Of a stretch of 64,000 nucleotides of DNA, positions 24,801 through 35,900 are shown one piece after another; the stretch's first letter is position 1; every line of letters begins with the position of its first letter. The notes beneath the pieces are model-generated. The model had not been told where the DNA came from, did not search any database, and saw nothing but the letters and a program-made list of their open reading frames with translations. Source of the DNA: Antechinus flavipes (lineage: Eukaryota); assembly GCF_016432865.1 (NCBI RefSeq), contig NC_067398.1, forward strand, positions 652,736,001 through 652,800,000, read 5' to 3'. Position numbers and translations under genes: made by a program.

Positions 24801-27800
24801 TACACCCACATCCAAGATACAACCACCACAATCACTAATGTCTAAGCTTCGATTCTCTGTTTCTCGACAGTGGCCAGTTTATCTCTCCTCCACTTCTGCT
24901 ATCCCTAAGGTTTTCCATTTTCCAGGCCTAGATGTACCATAGATTTGGCAGTACTCATTTTGCCTTGAGATGAAAAAATTACTATGAAAGTAACTTCCAC
25001 AGTTTACAATCTGATCATACCTAAATGAATAAATTTAAAAGTATTCATTAAGTGTTTTGTGCCAAACACTGTGGATAAAATAGGGAAAGTGAAAACAGTC
25101 CTTGCTTTCAAGAAGCTCCTACTCTAAACTAGGGAAGAGAGGATAAAAGGGACTTCAAGGGTAGAGCTCGTGGAATTTCCTGCAGTATTAAGAGAATGAG
25201 GAGGGAACAAAAGGCCAGGAGAGATCCAGGGTCCTTAGGATGAATTAGCAGGCCAGAGAATATGGCAGGAAGTGGGGCATGGGAGTGGAGATGAGAATGA
25301 CAGATCTAGAGGACAGAAGAAGCAAGTAAAGGCCTTCCATCTCATCTAAAGGATCTGAGTTGGTGACTTTGAGCAGGGTGAACATCGAGGCTACTCTTTC
25401 TAGGATTAGGGAAAGGGGAAAGATAAGGCCAGGATTACGATCCCTTTCTCCCCAGGAAGAGGCTGGCTTTTTCATGGAGCCTGAGAAGCCCAGATATGGG
25501 CAAGAGGGCAAAGAAAAGGCAAAAGATTCAACTTATTTCTCATTTTGGTCTTTTAATGACATCTATGGCTCAGTCCCATTCCCCAACTCAGTTATGCTGA
25601 CAAGGTCATAGACTTAAAAATTATTCTCTTCTCCTAAAACTCCTTCTCCTCCCACAGGCCTACATAAGAGGGGTGGCCACTTCACCAGAGGCTGAAGTAG
25701 AGGAGAAAATGGTGGAGGATGATGTTAAGGGTTTATAAAATCAGAAAAAAGGTTGTTAGATGAGGAAGAAGGAAGAACAGTGGCTTCTTGACAAACCCAT
25801 GATGTCCAGATCAGTGTGTCTAGAAGCAGGCTGATCATACAAACAACTTATATTGAGGGGAGGGAGGAAGAATGATTACTCCATCTCTTTTGGACTGAAC
25901 ACATTGCAGATGTTCTGGGATCAGAACTCAGGAATATTAGAAGACGCCAAGAGCTGGCTGCAAGTGATTTACAGCTGTCTTAGGCAATGCATCAGGAAAT
26001 ACTGGAAAGAGAAGATGAACAAGCTCCAATCAGCGGCTCAGCTATTCTGTATCAGCACAAGAATATGGCTTGGTGACCAAAGAATGTATTCGTCAGTTAT
26101 TCTGACTACCAGTGAGACAACACGGGCACTTTCAGACAGAGCTGAACTGATAAAATTCACAAAGGCCCTGCCACAACCAAGACCATGAGGTGGGGTGTGA
26201 AAAGGAGTCACTCTGGGGTGAGTAGAGGGTGGGCGAGAAGAGTGTCTATAAGTACAATGACCACGCACGGCAATTCCTATGTGACTTTATGCTAGAGTGG
26301 AACGGTGTGCTCAGGTGGTAAGGACAGGTTGGATTCAACACCGGTGAACTCAACAACGGCTCTCATACCGTTACACAGCCGTCGTAGTCTTGGAGGGTCC
26401 AACACCCAAAGGTAGTGTCTTATATGCTTCCCTAGATCACCTTAAGTGGATGTGCCTCACCTTTCAGACTAAGTCTCCAGCCAAACTCTTAAGAGTGATC
26501 CACTTGGGTAGGGACGTTACATATCAGGTCCTGACATGTATTATGTCAACATAATTCTTAGTTCACTTTGGAGCCAACAAATCTTAATGATTGAAACCTC
26601 TGCTAAGTGGACTGACAAAAGTCTTCTCGAGTCTCAAATGAAGTTTTGTACATATATAGTATAATACCTGGCTATATTGGTGAGGGAAGGGTTGGTTCAA
26701 TAAAGAGTCTTCTCCATAAGATAGAATAATAAAGAGGCTATTTTCTACCAAGTGCAATGCTAAATTGTAGAAGTTTAATTAACGCTGGAAAAATAACCTT
26801 AGAGGTATTCTATTTACCCAACAAAAGAATAAAAGCTCTAAATGGAGCCAAGGTCATCAACTGATTATAATATAAATTGAAAGCCTGAAGCCTTTAGAAT
26901 CATAAACATGACTTCCAACTGTCACCACATCCCAGTCCCTAAAAGCCTCACGAGACTTGTGCAACACAGATCACTTTCCTGTAATCAGCAGAAGATTGTC
27001 ACTTGGGGAGCCTGACAACAGCATCCTCTCCTGGGACATCTACAGGGTGGGTCTCTTTCTGAAATCGGGCTCTTGGTAAACAAACACCCAAAGTGAAATC
27101 CAGCTGCAGAAAAAAATTCCGACTAGATGATTCCTACCAGATACAGTGGCAAGACACAGGGAATATCGGGGAGCTGTTTGGCTGAATTTGGCTTCTTATA
27201 ATAACCCTAAGTGTTCCCCTCCCGGCTGAGGCGCTGACACGGTCAGAGGCCTTGGCCTAGGAATGGCTTTCCTCGTTAGAGCCAAGCTACCACAGTGCTC
27301 AGACCCAGAAAACATCTTAGCTGCCCCACCCCGGTCTTCACATGGCCACCCCTAGATGCCACATCCTGTTCTATGACAAGCCAGTCCCTGAGAAAACTAC
27401 TCTGCTCAGCTCTGGAACTCTTCCTGCGAGCGGACGCGTCCTGAGTGGCCAATTACTCCCACACATCCAGAGGCCAGGGCCATCCGCGCTCCCTATTCCA
27501 TGAAGGCATCTGGCCCTCAACCTTCACGCACGAGCGACTCCCCGGCTCTAGCGCTAGCTTCAATGATCAAAGCCCTGCCGCTGCACTAGCGCTGTGCCTG
27601 CGAGGACGTGTCCAGGGGCTGCCCGCAGGATCAAGTCACCGTCCCGGGATTCCGAGCTTAGGGCCTGGGTGTGGTGGGATTGTCGGCCTAGAAGCTCCCC
27701 GCCCGGCCCCCGCTCTCCACGTGCGCCTTCCCCCTCCAGGGAATCCAAGTTCCTCGAAGGCAGGGACTCTCATCTCCAGCGGCGATTAGCAAAGTACTTG

Positions 27801-28387
27801 GCAGGGAAAGCGCTTAATAAATGCCCTTTTATGCCTGCCTTAGGACCAGAAGACCATAACCCGCACCGTGGGTCTCACAAGCCCCCAAGAGGCCATCGCG
27901 AAGACTCCTTGTATCCAAGGCTCTCTTTTTACCCCAGGGCTCCTAATATTCCCACAGGCCCTTTCCCGGCCTCCAGGGAGCACCGAGGAGCAAATCCGTG
28001 GGTTCCCCGCCCCCCTTGTAAAGAAAGCACCCTCCCTCCTTTGGGAGCCAGATCCCTCCCCCTCTCCCCCTGTCCCCCCCGCACCCGGTACAGGCCGAAC
28101 GTGCTGTCCGCGTGGTCAAAGGGCACGAGGCGCTCGTCGCAGAATCCTAATGTCCAGTGCGCTGGGGCTGCGGGCCCGGCGGAGGCGGCGGCCGCGGGCA
28201 GCTCTTGGGCCAGCAGCTGCACCAGGCTCCCTCCCGAGAGCCCGAGTGAGAAGCGAGCCCCATCCCCGGCGCCCCCGGCCCCGGCCCGGCTCTGCGCCGC
28301 CCGCTGCACCACCAGTTGCGCCAACGACACGCCCAGTTCCTGCGGGCTCGGGAACACCGAGATGAGGCGGGAGCCTGACCCCGGCAT
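21835..28387 (-). CDS. PGLS: 6-phosphogluconolactonase, 263 aa, 5 exons
   Basis: Exons 28085-28387 ([12 protein letters not shown]...LGLSGGSL...[18 protein letters not shown]), 24663-24770, 22631-22732 ([19 protein letters not shown]), 22249-22389 ([18 protein letters not shown]), 21835-21972 (WFLDEAAA...KHSIL-TAG); 792 nt, all GT-AG; ATG in GCCGCG-ATG context. Confidence 0.97.
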
Positions 28388-28800
28388 CGCGGCGGTGACG
28401 GCGGCGGCGGCGGCGGGGGTGCGGGCAGGGGAGCCGGCGGCGCGCGGCGTGGGGCGCGGCCTCAGCGCCCGGGCGGAAGTGGCTCCAGTTTGGGCGGAAG
28501 GGGCCCCACAACGCTTCCGCACTATTAGCGGCAGCACTGAGCAGGCATAGATTTCTGCAGCTCTTGAGAGGATCCCAAGGATCGTCTCTAACCTTCATTT
28601 AACAAGGGCTTGGAGGCGCACTTCAAGTGACCGGCGGAGCCGAGCGCCTTCTTGGGACCCCCTTCCTCCACATCGCACTTAGCCCGAGGCTCCTCTCCCT
28701 TACACCTCCCCCCACCCCATTTACTCTCCTCCTCCGTCCCCTCCCAGTCGGGTGGGTTCTTTTCTGAATAAAGTTGGAAAAGCAGACCGAGAACCCTAGA
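27400..28800 (-). promoter_or_regulatory. CpG island / housekeeping promoter of PGLS
   Basis: Dense CpG over exon 1; ETS/GABP-type CGGAAG motifs at ~28474-28480, ~28494-28500 and 28514-28520 with adjacent GC boxes; (CGG)6 at 28399-28416 in the presumptive 5' UTR. Confidence 0.8.
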
Positions 28801-28860
28801 GTATTCTATAGCACAAAACCCGGAGCTTAACTTTTTTTTTTGTCAGAGCTTTTTCTCAAG

Positions 28861-28866
28861 TTTATT
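28861..28866 (-). terminator. Candidate SLC27A1 polyadenylation signal (AATAAA)
   Basis: Plus TTTATT ~1.08 kb after the stop; a GU-rich minus-strand segment (gggttttgtg) follows ~45 nt downstream. Confidence 0.6.
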
Positions 28867-29944
28867 ATTTTTTTAACTCAAAACTAAAAAATAAAATTGC
28901 CATGCCTGAAAACACTTGCAAGAAATAGCACGTACTCATCACCAGCCTGAGAAGCCCTTGGATCATCAGTTGGTCGCTACCAGGGTATCTGCATAGTCAC
29001 TACCAGAAGTGCCAAGTGTGGGCTTCTGAAGTAACTGGCAGCAGGACTGGGAGGAGGGCTTCCACTGGAGGTCAGAGATCAGATAATAGATTTCCAGTTA
29101 ACTTGGATTAAGCACAAACCATCTATGTTGGCCTGCAGCCTCTCAGGCCCGTCCACTCTTGTCCACAGGAGCACTGTCCCCACTGCTCACAGCACTGAGT
29201 AAGGGAATGGAGGCAAGTCCACTCCTGAAGCTTAAACTTGAGTTAAAAGTTAAGTAAGTACTGGAACACAGTGACTTAATGACGGAGGGTTCCTTAAGGC
29301 ACAACCAATAAAATGGGCAGGAATGGTCCCCTCTGTGCAAAAGAGGCATTGACATTGTAGCCCTGTCTGGGGCAGTATATGGTTAAAGAGCAAAGAAAAG
29401 GGGAGAAATGACCCTTGCTGACTAATTCTGGCTGAAGCAGGCCAGAGGAGACAGGGCTTTCTGGCAGCTCCCCAAACCCTGCCCCGCTCCACCATCCTGG
29501 GTTCGTCAGGAGTGCCCCAAAGGCCCGGGAGAAGAGCCGGACACATCCAAACTCAGTATCCTATGATGGGGAAACGTCCAAGGAACCACATGGGCTGAAA
29601 TGCTTAGAACCTTGTGGGCCTCTTGGCTGCAACCCAATCTTCAAATACTCCAGCAACCCTGAGGATCCTCTGCAGGATCCTCTTCAAGTCCAGTCCAACT
29701 TCAGCTCCAGCTTGGAGTGGAGCCTGGACCTGAGGGAAGGGTCAGGGAAGGGCTTAGGAAGCAATTTTGATAAATCCCATTAGGCCAACTTATGCCCTCC
29801 CTCACCACACCCATTCTTAGAGAAGGAGACTGGCTAGATCCAGGGCAGGGTGGGGCAGGGCAGGGCGGGGCTATGGTTGCTGTCCTCAGTCCCATCCATC
29901 ACTGCCAGGGAGAAAGAGGGCAAGGGATGGGGCAGCAGGCTCTA

Positions 29945-32900
29945 TTAAAGGGAGAAGGCTCCTGTGCAGATGCCATTGTAGACATTTTCATCCATGGGGA
30001 TATATCTCCCTTGCTTCAGGTCCAGGAAGAAGAGTCGATCTGATGTCTGATGCAAGTCAAATCCTTCTCGCTGAAGCCGTGTTTTCTGGATCTTGAAAGT
30101 CCCTGTGGGATTTGGAGGAAACAACTATACAACCAGCAAAGGATGATTTAGAATGAGACCCCATGACAGGGCAAGGCCCTAGAGCTAAAGAGTCACAATG
30201 GTATGAAGTGCAACAAAAGATAGGCACATACCTGTCGTGTCCACCTGAGGCAGGAGGCGTAGGAAGATGGGCCGAGCATAAGGTGGAAGTACTCTCTGAA
30301 GCTCCTGGTACAAGGCGTTGGGGTTCAGCGTAGCATGGGGGTCGGCAATAGCAGCCATTCCAGCCTTGCCCTCCACTCCTACAATGTGGTTATATGCTGA
30401 GAACATTCTCAGGCCCTTAGACTGCTCCAGGCCTTTCAATCCCCAAGTTTTCCCCAAACCACTTCCCATTTCATCTTGTTTTCCCAACTCTCACCCAGAT
30501 CCTATCCCACCCGGGCTCCTTGCCTGGCACATCCACCCCATAAACTGCCACATCAGTCTGGCCCAGAACACGGCTCAGGACGCCTTCCACCTCAGTTGTG
30601 GAGACATTCTCTCCACGCCAGCGAAATGTATCTCCACTCCGATCCCGGAAATACATGTAGCCAAGTTCATCCATCATTAGCACATCTCCTATTAGAGTGG
30701 AGATAGTAAAAGTGAGCAACTGTGGAAAACTTCTGGGCACCTTATGCCCAAATCCTTGTCCTAGGTTATTCAAGACTAGTCTCCATTGAGGGTACCATTC
30801 GCAGGAAGTATCAAAGAAGTAGGTGGGAACGGTATCTTGGGAGTATATAAGGAAGCAAATTAGGGAGAAACAGTTCCTGAAAAATGAGCACGACTTAAGG
30901 AGTACATGACAAGTACATGGGTTTGAGAGGTACCTCTGCGATAAGTTTAGCAGTACCTGACAGGTAGGCACTGTCTCCTTTCCGGAACACATTATATGCT
31001 ATCTTCTTGTTGGTTGCACTCTCACTGACATACCCATCAAACCGGCGAAGTGGGTCTTGCTGATTGATTTGCCCAACTAGAAGGCCAGGCTCTCCTAGGA
31101 ATCAGAAGCAAATGTCAGCCACAGCATAGATCTGGGATTTTGGGCAAGGGTTTAGTACATGGGGCTTCACTGGGTGTTAGAGTAGATACTCCCCTTTTCC
31201 CCCTCACCAGGCTGGCAGGGAATGCAGAGCCCCTGGGCATCCCTCAGCAATTCCATTGTATCCTCATTCACCTTCACCAAGCGGATTGGGTACACATTGG
31301 GCAAGATCCTGCTATTGAAACCACATGCGCCCACCTAGGCCAAATAGGAGAGAAAATGTGATGTCTCAAGTTGAGTAAGGGAGTTGGTGGTGGGGAGGGG
31401 AGAGAGGGGTTCTATACCCCACAGGCACTGGACTCATCTTTTATGCCAGAGTTAAATGTGTTCACCGTGATCTGAGCTCTCTCTGATCCCGCACATGCTC
31501 CATGCTCACGACCAGTCTTGCCACCATGGCCCCCTTGGTTCTCACATGCTTCCCCAGCTCTTTCTTGCCCTCCCCACCTTTCCATCTAGGTTGGCGATGC
31601 TGCAGTTGCATTCAGTTGCCCCATAGAATTCTCCGATCTGCTGGACCCCAAAACGGCAGGTGAACTCCTCCCAGATGGCAGGCCTGAGTCCGTTGCCCAC
31701 AGCTAGGCGCACATGGTGCTGGTTCTCTGCTGGGCGCACGGGCTGCTTCAGAAGGTACCGGCAGATTTCACCAATGTACTGCACCACCTGATCAGAGGGA
31801 AGAAACAGGAGTAAAACTGTTGTGGCAGGAGAGAGATGTCACTGGGAACACACAGCAAAGGGCATGAATATGGCACTAGAGATGTGGCAGGAACAAAAAA
31901 GCTAAGACACATTAATTATTGAGGGAGGGGTACCAAACATGAGGGACTCTACATTCTCTGCCAGCTTGGTGAGGGGGAAGGAAGGGAACATCTTTTCTAA
32001 CACCCAATGAAGCCCCAAACATGAACAGACACCTTCAGAGAAGAACAGTTGGCAGGATCCTTAGAGATCATCCAGTCCAATTAAAGATGGCCATTAAGCC
32101 TCCATTTGACTATTTCTAATGCCTGGAAGTTCATTATTTTACTCAAATCCTGTTCCTTTGTCTTCACTTGTTAAACAGAAGTTCTTCATATTGAGCTGAC
32201 AGATCACACAAGTAGCAGAGTCAAGATTGATTTTTGACCTTTCTCTAATCAGCTTATCTGACTACACAAATGCAACTCCTTCTGAAATGATGCCCTTATT
32301 AGGAATCAGGTCATCTCCTGTTTCAAAAGATCAACAATTTTCAATTCTGATGGATGTGGCTCTTTTCAGCAGCAAAGTGACTCTGGCCTTGTAATGGATG
32401 TGGATGTACATGGGCCATCTGCATCCAGAGAGAGGACTGTGAGGACTGAGTGTGGATCACAAAATAGTATTTTCACTTTTTGTTGTTTGCTTGCATTTTG
32501 TTTTCTCATTTTTTCCCCTTTTTTGATCTTTTTTTTTTTGTGCAGCATACTAATTGTGGAAATTTATATAGAAAAATTGCACGTGTTTAACATATATTGG
32601 ATTACATGCCATCTATGGGAGGAGGTGGGGAAAGGGGGAAAATTTGAAACACAAGGTTTTGCAAAAGTATGTTGAAAATTATCTATGCATATGTTTTGAA
32701 AATAAAAAGCTTTAATAGAAAAAGATCATTAATTCATTCCTTCTTTAAGTATTATGATGTTCTCCAATGTCATTATGTCCAGAGCTTTCCAACCCATCTA
32801 AAAGAATTCATGAATCTGTAGGATAAGCCTTCTAGGTATCCAATTTCTCAATCTCAAACTATTTTCAAAAAATGTTTTCGCCATTCTCTGCCCTGTCTAC

Positions 32901-35900
32901 CTTTGCACTGAAATCATCCAGTATATTAAATCAGAGTATATTTATACATAATTTGGAGAGTTCTGTTGCGTTCTTCATAAAGTTCTGTATTATTTTACTA
33001 CGTGCAATAAAAGTTGGAACAAAAACGATATTGTCTTCATAGGGATGTGTTCTTAATTCATTGTAAGAACCCCAACCTATCCCATGAAGCCTATGTTTTT
33101 TGTTGATTTCATTTAGGTGTATGTTTAATCCAACTTTGCCAACTCCTTCCCTTCCCTCTCCAAGGAGAACCTGTGAACCATCTTTCCTTTATGTTTTTTG
33201 GAATAATTTTCTATCATTTTTAAAAATATTAATGGACCAGTGATATGGCTGTGAATCATGGAATACTACAATGTCTAAAGACTTGAAAGTAAAGCTCATC
33301 CAGAGGGTAACTGAGAGGTACATAGTGGATGTGAACAGGCTCATTGAAATTGAGGAATTGGAAAACAAAAGATATTGTCCTAATTTTTATTTTTATGTCA
33401 TATTTTTATGTGACCAGATAAATTAATATAATTGAATGTTATAAGAAATGATGAGAGGCTAACTTCAGAAAAGCCTGACAAGACTTAGATGAAGTGATAC
33501 TAAGTGAAGTAAGCAGAACCAAGAAAACATTGTACATAGCAACAAGATTATAAGATGATTAACTGTGATCAACTTGGCTATTTTTAGCAATGAGATTATT
33601 CAAGGAAATTCCTATAGACTTTTTTATTATAATCACCTTTTATTTTTCAAAATACATGCAAAGATAGTTTTCAACATTCACCTTGTGTTCCAAATTTTTC
33701 TCCTTCCCTTTTCCTTTTCCCCTTAGCTCAAGTAATCTGATATAGGTTAAACATGTTCAATTCTTCCAAAGATATTTCCACATTTATCATGATGCATAAA
33801 AAAAAAAAAATCAGATCAAAAGGAAAAAAAATGAGAAAGAAAAAAAACAAGGAAGCAAACAATGGTTCTAGAGAGAGGACTATGGAAACTGAATGTGGGT
33901 CACAATGTAATATTTTCACCCTTTTTGTTGTTTGCTTATTTTTTTTCCTTATGTTCCCCTGCCTTTGATGTGATTTTTCTTGTGCAGCATGACAAATACA
34001 GAAATATGTTTAGAAAAATTCCACATGTTTAGCCTATATCTGATTGTATGATGTCTAGGGGAAAGTGGAAGGGGGAGGAAAGGAGAAAAATATGGATATT
34101 GAAAAGCATTTTTGCATGTACTTGGGAAAATGGAAGGAAGGAAGGCCTTTAACATATTATAAAAATGCCCTATGGTGGGTTTACAAGAGATAGCACAGGA
34201 TGAGAAGGTTGTATTTAGTAGGATAAAAAGCCACTCATTTGACTGGATTGGGTTTAGCGCTCAATTACTAGGGGAAGTACAACAAAGAGATCATACCTCT
34301 CAAAAAATCCATCATTTATGTCAACAGAGATATAAATCAGTTGCTCAAGTGGTATACCACCTTGGTCATTGGAATGTATAATTCCAATAAAAAGATCTAA
34401 CGAGTAAACTAATATTTACAGGCAATCTAAGAACTGGAATTCTTAGCATCCTCTGTCCCCCTTGTATCACTGGCTGACAAAGCAGAAAGGAGCTACTTAG
34501 GACTGAAGAAGATTTTGTATTATTTCTTTTCTTGAGTTATGGCCAAAAAAAATCCTATTTAGTAACCAATGTCTGACAGTGACTGATTAGGCAACTGTCT
34601 ATTGGAATAGTTGTTCAGCCAGCTCTGAATTCATGTAACTATCCTATTATCCAGTCCACATATCAAAATAACAATTATAAGATGTGATTTTTTTCATATT
34701 CTAGGTACTGGAAGAGATCCTAGAAATCCTTTAACCTTTTATCTAATACAACAATCCCTTCAAATGCTTTAAATGAGATTTTAAAAAAAACCTAACAAAC
34801 CCATCTTCAAATTACATTAGTTCAACATGACATGAGGAGATAGGAAACACACATAGTGGTGGTGTGGTATTCAGGAACTAATCTAACTTTACTTTCCTAT
34901 GAACATGTAGGGATGGAAACAGTATGACATTTGCTGTATCTCACTTCAGTTGCCTGTGAATGCAAAGGCGCAGCCCTGACACCTCTATTTTATGCTACAG
35001 GGTTTAGTGACAAGACATAAAGCAGAAAAAAAACACAAAATGGGGACCTATAGAATCTCAGAGCTGAAAAGGCCCTCACAGGTCCAACTCTTAACCAAAA
35101 CACAAAGCCTATTGTTGAGGCACCTTTCAACTTCTGCTTGTCAGAAAGGGATACTTTACAGTGTCATACTTGAGGACATAGTTTGGAGAAGGGCACGGGT
35201 ATGCAAATACAGTATTTGTAGACTAGCAACTGAAGACAAAGAAGCATTTTAACTGCTTGACCTTCAAAAAAAGAGGTCTAGACCTTTCCATTCCCAGAAC
35301 AGAGTGTACTAGTACTTTTCAGCTAGATTATCAGATGACTAATGAGAATATTCAAAGAATGGGTTTGTCAGTCCCCAACCTAACTGTGTACATGGTCTCC
35401 CAACTTCACATTACTTCACATCTCTGGTCCTCAGTTTGCTATCTGTAAAAGGAGGAGGACATATTGATTAAAGGAAGGATGACCCAGGAGGGCAGTCACA
35501 GAGCCAGGGGGTTGGAAGTCTCAGAGGCCATCTCACGTAGCTGTCCACACCTGACCCTGAATGTGACACATGATCCTCAAGTCTTTATCTAGAGACCTTA
35601 GTGAGTCAGAAGCAGGGTTTTTCCCTTTGGGGCAGCTCCAGTAATTAGGAATTTTTTTTGACTCTCCAGCTTCTGCCTATTTTCCTAATTCTGCTCTATG
35701 GGGATGAACAGAACTCGTCTAACACCTCTGCCAGAGAACAGCCTTTCAAATGTCTGAAGACAGCTATCAAGGCCCAGACTAAATGTTCTCTTCTCCAAAC
35801 TAAGCTTCTCCAATTTCATCAGGCAACCTATGTTCACCTCACCAACCTGGTTGCCTCCTTGCTCACAGAGAGCCTTCCTAAAATGTGGCACTGAACTCAA

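Noticed and set aside
25680-26100. Protein-like reading ...[30 protein letters not shown]... suggesting a retrocopy or viral remnant
   Set aside because: Stop density is close to random and I could not match it to any family; kept only as part of the unassigned-stretch finding.
28388-28537. 50-aa N-terminal extension of PGLS in the ORF track (MLPLIVRKR...)
   Set aside because: The ORF starts at GTG, not ATG, probably upstream of or at the TSS. The Arg/Ala/Pro-rich, stop-free composition is expected in a CpG island, and homology begins at the ATG at 28387.
27594-28550. 318-aa plus-strand ORF and other long ORFs over PGLS exon 1
   Set aside because: Antisense shadows of a GC-rich coding exon and CpG island; low-complexity Ala/Pro/Arg, no recognisable domain.
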